From NCBI GenBank assembly GCA_963666285.1, contig OY762711.1: a stretch of DNA of 64,000 nucleotides. One strand, written 5' to 3'. Below the pieces are notes generated by a model. The model was not told where the DNA came from and did not search any database. It worked only from the letters and a program-made list of their open reading frames with translations. Position numbers and translations under genes: made by a program. The DNA comes from Sedimentisphaerales bacterium (lineage in GTDB: Bacteria; Planctomycetota; Phycisphaerae; Sedimentisphaerales; SM23-30). Below, in pieces: positions 47,926 through 57,608 of the stretch; the first letter of the stretch is position 1; each line of letters starts with the position of its first letter.

Positions 47926-49449
47926 ATGAAAAAAATATTATTTTTAATTCTATTGTCTGCGTCTACAATTTTTGCAGGTATGAAACTTGACTATTCAAGT
48001 GAGAGCAGGGAATTGTCTATTAACATAGAAGAAGGAGATTCGATAATAAGCTTTATTGTTTCTGTTCGCATTTCTGATGGCGAGGGTGAATTGGGGCAGG
48101 CTGTTAGTTTTGCAGATAGCGATTGGCAAATACCTGTAGGTGCTGTTGATGGGGAAGAAGACAGATACCGAGGCCTGGGAGAAACACTGTTTGGCAATAC
48201 AGCAATTGCTGGTCCAGAAGAAATAATTGGTGGTATTCCTGTAACATTTTTAACTTCAAGCATGACTGTTGAATTAGTAAGTCATGGAGTTACAATCAAT
48301 GACACAACAATAGAAGATGAAGTTGTACTTGATACATTACAGTTTGATGCACCGGGAGATATTGTAACTCTTGATCTGTCTGTGAACAGCAAAAGTGAAG
48401 GCATGGGAACAGTTGCATATACCGGTGATCTTTACAAAGGTGAGGTAATAACAGTAACAGCAACGCCTGCCAGCGGTTATCGAGTAAAAAGCTGGAAGGG
48501 TACCGATTCTAAAGATCCGGTCAAAGTTCAGACTGTAACTTTGAAAAAGAGTAAACATAAGGTAAGTGTCCAATTTGAAGATATTCCAGACCAGGAAGTC
48601 TCCAAGGCTACTTTTAAGGCCGGTAAAGTTCGCGGCGGCAGCGATGACAGCTTTATAATCCAGGGTATCCTTGGTGCCGGTGCCAGTACGGTTCCGGAGT
48701 TAGAAGGCAGTATAAGTGTTGAGATCAAGTCTGAAGAGGGAACAGTATTATTTACCCAGACTTTGGATTATGCTGATATGGATGTAAAATGGCCAAAGAG
48801 TTTGTCTTATGTCAACAAAGAAGCAGGAAATGGTGAGCTTGAACTGTTCAAGTATGATATTTTGAAGGGTAAGTTCCAGATGAAGGCCTCTGATCAGGAC
48901 CTGACCGGCTGGTCGGCTCCTATGACTCTGACTATCAGTGTTGGCGATGGCAACGGCTATCAGGCGATCATATTAATGAATGACAGCGGTGATGCCGATG
49001 TTGTCAACGGCAAAAAATATATGCCTACCCTGTTCCTGATTGGACAGGAAAAAAGCCTGATTGTTGATAAGGAAAAGGTCAAAGAAAATAAAGATGCTAC
49101 TCAAACCGGTAAGATTTCCGGCAGGTTCAGTACATCTTATGATCCGGCGGAACATACCCTGACTTCTGCAGAAATCCTTTTCAACTATAATGAAAATAAT
49201 AAAACAGCAGATTATGACCAGAAGCTTATCCTTACAATGGCCGGTAATGGAGAAAAATATTCATTCAAGCGGTCTAAGGATGCAGACACTGCTGTTGACC
49301 TGATAGATAAGGCTACCTTTGATTTTAAGAAAGCCACCTTTGAGATATCCTTCAAGAATGCTACATTTGATATTGCTGAAGATATCTTATCTATCCATTT
49401 CGGCTGGGATGAAACTGAGGAAGAATTGAATAGCTCAGTCTTAGATTAA
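47926..49449 (+). CDS. Secreted beta-rich protein with InlB-B-like repeat and shared C-terminal region
   Basis: Signal peptide; GEVITVTATPASGYRVKSW; C-terminal ~350 aa homologous to the end of the 51412-55233 protein. Confidence 0.85.
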   Translation: MKKILFLILLSASTIFAGMKLDYSSESRELSINIEEGDSIISFIVSVRISDGEGELGQAVSFADSDWQIPVGAVDGEEDRYRGLGETLFGNTAIAGPEEIIGGIPVTFLTSSMTVELVSHGVTINDTTIEDEVVLDTLQFDAPGDIVTLDLSVNSKSEGMGTVAYTGDLYKGEVITVTATPASGYRVKSWKGTDSKDPVKVQTVTLKKSKHKVSVQFEDIPDQEVSKATFKAGKVRGGSDDSFIIQGILGAGASTVPELEGSISVEIKSEEGTVLFTQTLDYADMDVKWPKSLSYVNKEAGNGELELFKYDILKGKFQMKASDQDLTGWSAPMTLTISVGDGNGYQAIILMNDSGDADVVNGKKYMPTLFLIGQEKSLIVDKEKVKENKDATQTGKISGRFSTSYDPAEHTLTSAEILFNYNENNKTADYDQKLILTMAGNGEKYSFKRSKDADTAVDLIDKATFDFKKATFEISFKNATFDIAEDILSIHFGWDETEEELNSSVLD

Positions 49450-49471
49450 ATATTACATAAATATACTTGAT

Positions 49472-49508
49472 AAAAAAGCATTCTGTTTTTGGCAGAGTGC
49501 TTTTTTTT
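49472..49508 (+). terminator. Intrinsic terminator
   Basis: AAAAAAGCATTCTG..CAGAGTGCTTTTTTTT. Confidence 0.75.
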
Positions 49509-49575
49509 ATTCACAAATATAATTGATAATGAGATTACAATTGCAGATAGTTTATAATAAATCTAATAATAAATA

Positions 49576-51099
49576 GTCGTCCCTGAAAAAGTCATAAATT
49601 GTCTATAAAAGTATGTATTTGTAGTAGTTTATGGTTTATTTGCTTTGATATTTTAAATACAATATTGCAAGTATTTGAGTCAAAAGCCATTAAAACCTTG
49701 CAAAATTGGACCGTAAAATGACACCATCTAAGCCAGATAATGCTCCACAGTTATTTCAATCATCATTTGAAGCAATCCTTAATCCAGATCATCCGATATA
49801 CAAGCTTGCTGATTCTATAGACTGGGATTCTCTAGATGAACAACTGACAGAATGCTATCACAAAGACATGGGAAGGCCAGGCAATGCAACCCGTCTCATG
49901 GTAGGTCTTCATTATCTCAAACATGCATTTGATGAATCAGATGAAAGTGTTATAGCTCGCTGGATAGAGAATCCATACTGGCAATATTTTTGCGGATACA
50001 AATACATGCAGCATGAGTTTCCCATTCACCCGACCAGTATGACAAAATGGCGTAACCGTGTTGGTTCCAAACGAATGGAAGTATTACTAAAAGAGACTAT
50101 CAATACCGCTAAGCGAGAGAAATACTTAAAGCCGAAAGAGATCAAGATGGTTATTGTAGACACAACTGTACAGGAAAAAGCAATAGCATATCCTACAGAT
50201 GCCAGGTTGTGCCATAAGGCTATCCAACGGCTGGTAAAAATAAGTAAGAAGTTTAATATAAATCTCCGCCAAAGCTATGTTCGAGTCTCTAAGAAAGCCT
50301 TTTTCAAGCAAGGTCAATATGCTCGAGCTAATCAATTCAAGCGAGCTGGAAAAGAAGCCAAAAAGCTTAAAACCTATCTTGGCAGGATTATTCGCGACAT
50401 TCGCCGCAAAGTTGACAGTATCCCTGAATCATTGGAGATTATGCTTAGCAGAGCGGAACGTATTCATTGTCAGAAGCGAAAAGACAGCAATAAGCTTTAT
50501 AGCCTGGATGCTCCGGAAGTTGAATGTATCGGCAAAGGCAAGGCTCACAAGAAATATGAATTTGGCTGTAAGGTAAGTGTTTGCCTTACCCATGCCAGTA
50601 ATTGGATATTGAGTTGTGATGCTTTACATGGCAATCCTTATGATGGTCATACCCTTGAAGGCACATTGGAAAAGGCAACAGGTTTAGCTGAAGAATCAAT
50701 AAAGGAGGTCTTTGTTGATAACGGCTATAAAGGACATGGCTGTGAAAATGATTCTGTGGTTTATATTCAGGGGCAAAAACGAAAGTCGCTTACCAGAGCG
50801 ATCAAAAAGAAGCTTAAACGGCGAAGTGCTATTGAACCTTCAATTGGTCATCTGAAAGAAGATAACAGAATGAAGCGAAACTATCTCAAAGGTACAGAAG
50901 GTGATAAACTCAACGCTATCTTTGCGGCCGCAGGCTATAATTTACGCAAATTGCTCAAGGCATTTTGCCATGCGCTGGCTGAATTGGTGCTTAGATTAGA
51001 AAAATGGCTGACATTATATAAAAATATCCAGCCGAAATACAATCTAACTCCGGCTGGATAATCATATTTTACTCAAAAATCGATTTTATCAGGGACGAC
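49576..51099 (+). mobile_element. Complete IS5-family element, 1524 bp
   Basis: TIRs GTCGTCCCTGAAAAA / TTTTATCAGGGACGAC flanked by 6-bp direct repeat TAAATA. Confidence 0.92.
49706..51061 (+). CDS. IS5-family transposase
   Basis: ENPYWQYFCG, VDTTVQEKAIAYPTD, KGKAHKKYEFG, VDNGYKG, RRSAIEPSIGHLK. Confidence 0.95.
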   Translation: MDRKMTPSKPDNAPQLFQSSFEAILNPDHPIYKLADSIDWDSLDEQLTECYHKDMGRPGNATRLMVGLHYLKHAFDESDESVIARWIENPYWQYFCGYKYMQHEFPIHPTSMTKWRNRVGSKRMEVLLKETINTAKREKYLKPKEIKMVIVDTTVQEKAIAYPTDARLCHKAIQRLVKISKKFNINLRQSYVRVSKKAFFKQGQYARANQFKRAGKEAKKLKTYLGRIIRDIRRKVDSIPESLEIMLSRAERIHCQKRKDSNKLYSLDAPEVECIGKGKAHKKYEFGCKVSVCLTHASNWILSCDALHGNPYDGHTLEGTLEKATGLAEESIKEVFVDNGYKGHGCENDSVVYIQGQKRKSLTRAIKKKLKRRSAIEPSIGHLKEDNRMKRNYLKGTEGDKLNAIFAAAGYNLRKLLKAFCHALAELVLRLEKWLTLYKNIQPKYNLTPAG

Positions 51100-51411
51100 T
51101 AAATAGAGTGAATCATTCAGTATTACTGATTTAGGTGTTGCAGAATTGTAAATAATACAAGAGGTTAGACAAGAGATGTGCCAAATAGAATATTTACACT
51201 TACTTAATAAAAAGCTAATAAAAAAGTAGTATAATTATTACAATTATACGATTACGGGTGAAGGCAGGGTGTTTATGTGTTTAACATGATAGCTAATATT
51301 GTATTGATTAAATTGCACTTCCATCGATAATGGATTTATTCGAATTAGCGGTACAAGTAATTTAGAAAAGCAGTGTATTATAGAGAATCAAATATATTTG
51401 GAGTAGATATA

Positions 51412-54400
51412 ATGTTAAAAAAAATAATTATATTAATATTTATTATATTTTTTATCAATCAGGTTTCAGCTTTTGTAAAAGCTCAAGTGGTTTCAATAGA
51501 GCTTCCGGGTCAAGCTACTGAAGCTGATGGCTCGTACAATTTGTCGGCAGGAACTTATGATGCTCAGATAGTATTAAATAGAAATCCGTATATATTTAAT
51601 GGCACTGCCTACCCTGGTTATGATGGATACCGGCTATCTAGTCTTGCGATTAAATTGGCAATTACAAATGGATCAATGCAGATTACTGATGATGGTCTGC
51701 CTTTTACCACGGATCAATTGAAATATGCTTCTGGTTTAACATCTGGAGCCAGTAATAGTCTTTCATTGATACAATGTGTTGCTTTGTCTGATGTGGCTCC
51801 TGGCACCGTTTTGGTGTATAATTTTCAGATAGTCTACAGTGGAGTAGGCACTCTTCAAGTTGACTTGTCACTTTCAGGGACCTCTGAGTATAGAATTGCT
51901 CATGCTGATACAGGTGCTGATTATCTGTCGATGTCAGAGGAGGATTTAGGTGATTTAATAATTAAAGATCCAGATGCTGGAAACACCCCTCCTACTATTA
52001 CCTCCGGTAACGGCGATACGGCTACCGTAAGTGTTTCTGAAAACCAGGCTGCGGTAACAACAGTTGAGGCTACAGACCTTGACGGTGATACAGTAACATA
52101 TTCCATAAGCGGCGGTGATGATGCCGGGAAATTTTCGATAGGCGGCAGCAGCGGCGTATTGACATTTATTTCTGCCCCGAACCATGAGCAGCCTGCAGAC
52201 AGCAACAGTGATAATGTATATATAGTTGAGGTAACGGCAGCTGACGGCAATGAAGGCTCTGACACCCAGACCATAAGCGTGACCGTGGATAATGTCAACG
52301 AGCCGCCCGTTATTACCAGTAATGGCGGCGGGGCTACTGCCGCTATCAGCGTGGACGACGGTCAGGTAGGTGTTACTACTGTCGCGGCGACCGATGAAGA
52401 TGGTGACACGATAACATATACGGTAACCGGCGGTGCAGATCAGTATATGTTTATAATTAACAGTTCAAGCGGCGAAATGAAGTTCAGTATTGTGCCGGAT
52501 TATAATTTCCCTGCCGATGACGGTGAGGATAATGTATACGATGTCGAGGTTACTGTAAGCGACGGCAATGGCGGCAGCGATATTCAGACTATAAGCGTGG
52601 CAATAGCACAATTGAGTTCGGTGCCGAGTATCAAATCTGATGGCGGCGGTGAAACAGCAGCAGTTACTGTGGAAGAGGCCCAGACAGCGGTTACAACCAT
52701 TCAGGCAGCAGATATTGACGGCGATGTAATCACATATTCGATATCCGGCGGTGATGATGCCGCTTTGTTTGAAATAGATTCTGCGACAGGTGAGCTGACT
52801 TTTGCCGGTGCCCCCGATTTCGAACAGCCCTCAGACAGCAACAGTGATAATATTTATGTTGTCGAAGTTACCGCGACCGATAAAGATGGGTCTGACAGCC
52901 AGACGATCAGTATTACTGTTACTGATGTCGATGACACAATCAGGATAACCAGCGACGGCGGCGGCAAAACTGCCGATGTAACAGCAGCAGAAAATCAGAT
53001 CGCGGTTACTACCGTTACTGCAATCGAAAATGACGGCGATGTAATCACATATTCAATCTCCGGTGGCGATGATGCCGGGTTCTTTGCTATTGATTCTGCA
53101 AGCGGTGTATTGACCTTCACTTCGGAGCCGGATTATGAAAACCCCGGCGATAGTAACGGTGATAATATTTATGTTGTTATTGTTGCTGCTGCGGATAAGG
53201 ATGCAAGTACCAGCCAGACTATAAATGTTACTATTAGCAATGTTGACGACTCGCCGATAATTACCAGTAACGGCGGCGGCGATTCTGCATCTGTAAATAT
53301 ATTGGAAAATCAGACCGCAGTTACAACTGTGAAGGCTACTGCCCAGGGCGGTGGCCTGCAGTATAGTATTTCCGGCGGTGCCGATTCCGGCTTGTTTTCC
53401 ATTGATGCAGATAGCGGCGTTTTGACATTAAACATTGCCCCGGATTACGAGTCTCCCTCAGATGGTGACAGTGATAATATTTATATTGTCCAGGTTTCGG
53501 CAACAAATCTCGACGGTTCAGACAGTCAGTCAGTTGCTGTTTTGGTGATGAATGTTAACGAGTCGCCAGAGATAACAAGTGGCGGCGGCGGTTCGGCGGC
53601 AAATGTAAGCTGCCTGGAGAATAATGTCGGTGTAACAACTGTAACCGCTATTGATATAGACAGCAGTGTTCTTTCATATTTGATCACCGGCGGAGCAGAT
53701 GCATCTTTGTTTGCTGTAAATAGTACTAGCGGCCTTTTGACTTTCACTTCGGCACCGGATTATGAAAATCCGTCAGATAGTAATGGTGATAATGTTTATG
53801 TTGTAGTAGTTTCGGTTATGGATATCGGAGGTCTAACTGACAGTCAGACAATCAATATCCAGGTAAGCGATTCTAATGATCCGGCTGTTATTATCAGTAA
53901 TGGCGGCGGTGATACTGCAAGGGTATACATTGAAGAGAGGATCGCCGAGGTAACAAAAGTTGTGGCAACCGATCAGGATGGCGATACTGTTTCTTATTCA
54001 ATCACCGGTGGCGAAGATTCGTCTGCCTTTATGATTGGTGGCGGCGGAGAATTATATTTTATTTCTGCTCCCGAATATCTGACACCTTACGACAGCGATG
54101 GTGATAATGTTTATGTTGTTGACGTTTCTGTTTCAGATGGCAGCGGCGGAACTGATACCCAGACTATCAGGGTAGTCATTGGCGATGCGATTGAGCCTGA
54201 AGATGCTGTTGAGCTGGATTTGCAGGTTCATAAGAAAAGTGAAGGTCTGGGTACGTTGTCATATAGCGGTAGATTGGAAATTGGCCGCGTGATTACTGTT
54301 ATTGCAGTTCCGGCAAGTGGCTACAGGGTCAAAAGCTGGAGCGGTACCGATGGTAAGGAAGCTGTAAATGAGCAGGCTGTAACTCTAAAGAAAAATCAGC

Positions 54401-55233
54401 ACAAGGTTGTTGTCCAGTTCGAGGAAGTGCCGGTTCAAAAGGTAATAAGTGCCAAATTCCAGGCCGGTAAAACACGAAGTCTTCATGATGACAGTTTCGA
54501 TATCCATGGGATTCTTGGCGCCGGTGCCGACCATATTCCTGATAGCGATGCAGTTGTAAAAGTGGAGGTTTTGGATTCCGATGGAAATACTATTTTTAGC
54601 CAGAGTATCGATTACAATGATAGTAGTTTTAGTAATAAATGGCCAAAGAGTATCATCTACAAAGACAAAAGTATAGTTCAGGGTAAGCTAAACTATTTCC
54701 AATATGATATTAACAAAGGTAAATTCCGCCTTTCCGCCAAGGGCCAGGATCTTACCGGTTGGGTTGCACCGTTATCTTTATCAATCGACATTGGCGATTA
54801 TGCCGCCTTTATGATTCTTTATGACCAGGGAACAAACGATACGATAAACGGTAAAAAATATATGCCGAGGCAGTTTATGTTTGGCAGTACTGCCAGTCTT
54901 ACGGTTGACTCTCAAAAGATAAAGACAGCAAAAGACGGCACTCAGAGCGGGAAAGTTTCCGGGCGATTTAGTTCATCTATCAATCCGCTTGAACATACTC
55001 TTACTTCTGCTGAAATCCTGATTGGTGATTATAGTCAGATTCTTACCCTGGAAAAGCATGCCAAAAAAGACAGGTATATGTATAAGCGATCCAAAGATGC
55101 TGATCCTGATGTCCAGTATATTGATAAAGCTACATTTGATGTCGATAAAGCGGAATTTGTGATCTCGTTTAAGAATGCAGATTTTGATATAGATCAGGAA
55201 ACTTTTGGCATTACATTTGGATGGGATGAATAA
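51412..55233 (+). CDS. Large secreted adhesin-like protein with 7 cadherin-like repeats
   Basis: Seven ~105-aa repeats (P.ITS.GG...ENQ..VTT..A.D.DGD..YSISGG.D...F...PDYE.P.D...DNVY.V.V). Confidence 0.93.
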   Translation: MLKKIIILIFIIFFINQVSAFVKAQVVSIELPGQATEADGSYNLSAGTYDAQIVLNRNPYIFNGTAYPGYDGYRLSSLAIKLAITNGSMQITDDGLPFTTDQLKYASGLTSGASNSLSLIQCVALSDVAPGTVLVYNFQIVYSGVGTLQVDLSLSGTSEYRIAHADTGADYLSMSEEDLGDLIIKDPDAGNTPPTITSGNGDTATVSVSENQAAVTTVEATDLDGDTVTYSISGGDDAGKFSIGGSSGVLTFISAPNHEQPADSNSDNVYIVEVTAADGNEGSDTQTISVTVDNVNEPPVITSNGGGATAAISVDDGQVGVTTVAATDEDGDTITYTVTGGADQYMFIINSSSGEMKFSIVPDYNFPADDGEDNVYDVEVTVSDGNGGSDIQTISVAIAQLSSVPSIKSDGGGETAAVTVEEAQTAVTTIQAADIDGDVITYSISGGDDAALFEIDSATGELTFAGAPDFEQPSDSNSDNIYVVEVTATDKDGSDSQTISITVTDVDDTIRITSDGGGKTADVTAAENQIAVTTVTAIENDGDVITYSISGGDDAGFFAIDSASGVLTFTSEPDYENPGDSNGDNIYVVIVAAADKDASTSQTINVTISNVDDSPIITSNGGGDSASVNILENQTAVTTVKATAQGGGLQYSISGGADSGLFSIDADSGVLTLNIAPDYESPSDGDSDNIYIVQVSATNLDGSDSQSVAVLVMNVNESPEITSGGGGSAANVSCLENNVGVTTVTAIDIDSSVLSYLITGGADASLFAVNSTSGLLTFTSAPDYENPSDSNGDNVYVVVVSVMDIGGLTDSQTINIQVSDSNDPAVIISNGGGDTARVYIEERIAEVTKVVATDQDGDTVSYSITGGEDSSAFMIGGGGELYFISAPEYLTPYDSDGDNVYVVDVSVSDGSGGTDTQTIRVVIGDAIEPEDAVELDLQVHKKSEGLGTLSYSGRLEIGRVITVIAVPASGYRVKSWSGTDGKEAVNEQAVTLKKNQHKVVVQFEEVPVQKVISAKFQAGKTRSLHDDSFDIHGILGAGADHIPDSDAVVKVEVLDSDGNTIFSQSIDYNDSSFSNKWPKSIIYKDKSIVQGKLNYFQYDINKGKFRLSAKGQDLTGWVAPLSLSIDIGDYAAFMILYDQGTNDTINGKKYMPRQFMFGSTASLTVDSQKIKTAKDGTQSGKVSGRFSSSINPLEHTLTSAEILIGDYSQILTLEKHAKKDRYMYKRSKDADPDVQYIDKATFDVDKAEFVISFKNADFDIDQETFGITFGWDE

Positions 55234-55271
55234 ACCCGGCTGAAAAGTTTATACAATCTATTGTTCGATTC

Positions 55272-55306
55272 AAAAGACACTCTATTGGAATATAGAGTGT
55301 CTTTTT
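55272..55306 (+). terminator. Intrinsic terminator
   Basis: AAAAGACACTCTAT..ATAGAGTGTCTTTTT. Confidence 0.8.
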
Positions 55307-55377
55307 GGTTTTAATCTAAGTGTGATATTTTACTTTCTGTTGTGTATTTGAAAGTAATTGTGTAAGATTCAGTTATT

Positions 55378-56016
55378 ATGATGGATAAGAACTCTAAATA
55401 TCGGCAGCTTCGGGAGCAGATGGTGACAGAGCAGATAGCCATGCGCGGGGTAAAAGATTCTAGGGTGCTGGCGGTAATGCGGCAGATCGAACGCCATAAA
55501 TTTGTTCCTGCCGATATGCGGTCAGATGCTTATAATGATTATCCTTTGCCGATTGGTTTCGGCCAGACGATCTCTCAACCGTATATTGTTGCTTATATGA
55601 CAGAGCTGCTTGAGCTTACCGGGAGCGAAAAGGTATTGGAGGTTGGGACCGGCTGCGGCTACCAGACTGCTGTTCTTGCCGGGATTGCCCGTGAAATATA
55701 TACCATCGATATAATACCGGAGCTGATTGATATGGCCTACGCTAACCTGGCAGATTATAAAAATATTGAGTTTCATTGTGGTGATGGCTGGGACGGATTT
55801 AGGCAATGCTCGCCATACGACCGCATACTGGTAGCTGCTGCTGCGGAATCTGTGCCGGTGAAGCTGGTTGAACAGCTGGCAGATGGCGGCATATTGGTTT
55901 TGCCGGTTGGAGACCGGTTTTGCCAACAGTTAATGCAGATACGCAAATCCGGCAGGGAAGTGTCGCAAAAAGTTATCTGTGGCGTTGTGTTTGTGCCGCT
56001 GGTCCACGGCAAGTAA
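55378..56016 (+). CDS. pcm: Protein-L-isoaspartate O-methyltransferase
   Basis: RHKFVP, PLPIGFGQTISQPYIVA, VLEVGTGCGYQTAVL, FVPLV. Confidence 0.96.
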   Translation: MMDKNSKYRQLREQMVTEQIAMRGVKDSRVLAVMRQIERHKFVPADMRSDAYNDYPLPIGFGQTISQPYIVAYMTELLELTGSEKVLEVGTGCGYQTAVLAGIAREIYTIDIIPELIDMAYANLADYKNIEFHCGDGWDGFRQCSPYDRILVAAAAESVPVKLVEQLADGGILVLPVGDRFCQQLMQIRKSGREVSQKVICGVVFVPLVHGK

Positions 56017-56127
56017 GTTCCCGGCATATTTCTGATTGATTTATCGCTGGTTTTTAACGGGATTATCTGGATAATATATAGTTATGTAATAACAATAATT
56101 CTGTAACTTGCTGGAGAACAGTTATTT

Positions 56128-56505
56128 ATGTTAGTGAAGATTATTATGGTAGCCGTTGGCGGAGCAGCAGGGGCATTATGTCGATACGGACTTTGCGGCC
56201 TGGTGAGCAGGCTGTATAATTCACAATTTAAGCTAGAGACTATTGTAGTTAACCTGGTCGGCTGCTTTCTGATGGGGGTTGTGGTATCTGCCGTTCATGA
56301 CCGTGTCGATATTTCTGACTCTGTTAAGATTTTGATTCTGACAGGTTTTTTAGGTGCATTTACTACATTTTCCACATATACTCTTGAGAGTGTACGTTAC
56401 ATAGAGCAGGATCAATATTTATTGGCCTTGTGGAATATTGTCATCAGTACCGTAATTTCCATTCCGCTTCTGATTGCAGGAATGAAAGTTGGCGGTATGA
56501 AATAG
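56128..56505 (+). CDS. crcB: Fluoride efflux channel FluC/CrcB
   Basis: GGAAGALCRY, VNLVGCFLMG, GFLGAFTTFSTY. Confidence 0.93.
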   Translation: MLVKIIMVAVGGAAGALCRYGLCGLVSRLYNSQFKLETIVVNLVGCFLMGVVVSAVHDRVDISDSVKILILTGFLGAFTTFSTYTLESVRYIEQDQYLLALWNIVISTVISIPLLIAGMKVGGMK

Positions 56506-56545
56506 AAAATAATTTTGATTAAATAATCATCGAAAGGTTAGTATA

Positions 56546-56908
56546 TTGAGCGAGAATTTATGTGAAAAGTGTGCCGGGTTGTGTTGTCGTTATATTGCTC
56601 TTCCTATTGAAACTCCTACCACTCGCCAGGAGTTTGAAGATGTTCGCTGGTATCTGGCACATGAAGGAATAAGCGTTTTTGTTGAAGGTGATGACTGGTA
56701 TATCAATATGGCCAGTCGCTGTAAATATCTCAATAAAGACAATATGTGTGATATATACGAGAAAAGACCGAAGATATGCCGTAAATATAAAGAAGATAAC
56801 TGTGATTATCATAGCGGAGATTATGGCTATGATCTGCATTTTACATCATTGGAAGAGCTTGATGAATATCTGGCCGAGCAGGGAATAAGAAAAAATAATG
56901 GTAAGTAG
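56546..56908 (+). CDS. YkgJ-family cysteine-cluster protein
   Basis: CEKCAGLCC...CKYL..NMCDIYEKRPKICRKY. Confidence 0.88.
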   Translation: MSENLCEKCAGLCCRYIALPIETPTTRQEFEDVRWYLAHEGISVFVEGDDWYINMASRCKYLNKDNMCDIYEKRPKICRKYKEDNCDYHSGDYGYDLHFTSLEELDEYLAEQGIRKNNGK

Positions 56909-56968
56909 TCTATCTGGGCGGTATTGCGGCCGGTTCATTACTACTTATCTCTAAATGAATAAAGTATA

Positions 56969-57301
56969 TTAGAGGAATTCAAGACCGATTCTGATACCGG
57001 CCTCTTCCAGTAGAGCCTGACGGTCGATTCTGGCTACGGTTGCCTGGAAATTGCTTCCGGGCGGGGTAAATCCGGCTTCCAGAACCAGGTTGAAGGCATT
57101 TTGAGAGAAAAAGAGCTCAACATTCTGGCCTTCTATTACCGGGATGTGCATTGGAACCAGCAAAAGAGCTCCGGACTCAGATATATTCAGACATCTGGCT
57201 CTCAATGATTTGCTGCTGGGCAGGTGGCTGAATCTGAGAGAACAGTCTACTTCAAACCTGTTTGCCCGTCTGTTTTCAAATTTTGGGGTTGCGGTTTCCA
57301 T
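56969..57301 (-). CDS. PilZ-domain (c-di-GMP-binding) protein
   Basis: RRANRF (RxxxR) and NISESG (D/NxSxxG), C-terminal GLEF. Confidence 0.85.
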   Translation of the reverse strand: METATPKFENRRANRFEVDCSLRFSHLPSSKSLRARCLNISESGALLLVPMHIPVIEGQNVELFFSQNAFNLVLEAGFTPPGSNFQATVARIDRQALLEEAGIRIGLEFL

Positions 57302-57608
57302 TTTTCATAATTCTCCGGCATTGTGGTTATCGGCAATGAGAGAAATCTATATTAGAATAAAAGCTAATTTAATATAATTTTAACGCCTGACGTAAATATT
57401 TATATATTATGGTTTTTGAGGGTAATACAGCTGTTGAATAGCCGATATCGTAATATCGATCAGGTATTTTCTTGAGATTTAGCTAGAAAAATGATATCCT
57501 AATTGCTTTATAAATAATGTTTTAACTTTAACTTACAGTATAGATCGCACTAATAGACAGGCAGTGATTAATACCGCAAAATCAGTTTAGAAAATGAGGA
57601 ATTGTATC

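Noticed and set aside
56017..56127. Fluoride riboswitch upstream of crcB
   Set aside because: No GGCGATGG..CGCC-type consensus visible.
57302..57608. T-box leader upstream of alaS
   Set aside because: No AAGGTGGxACC T-box motif or terminator seen.
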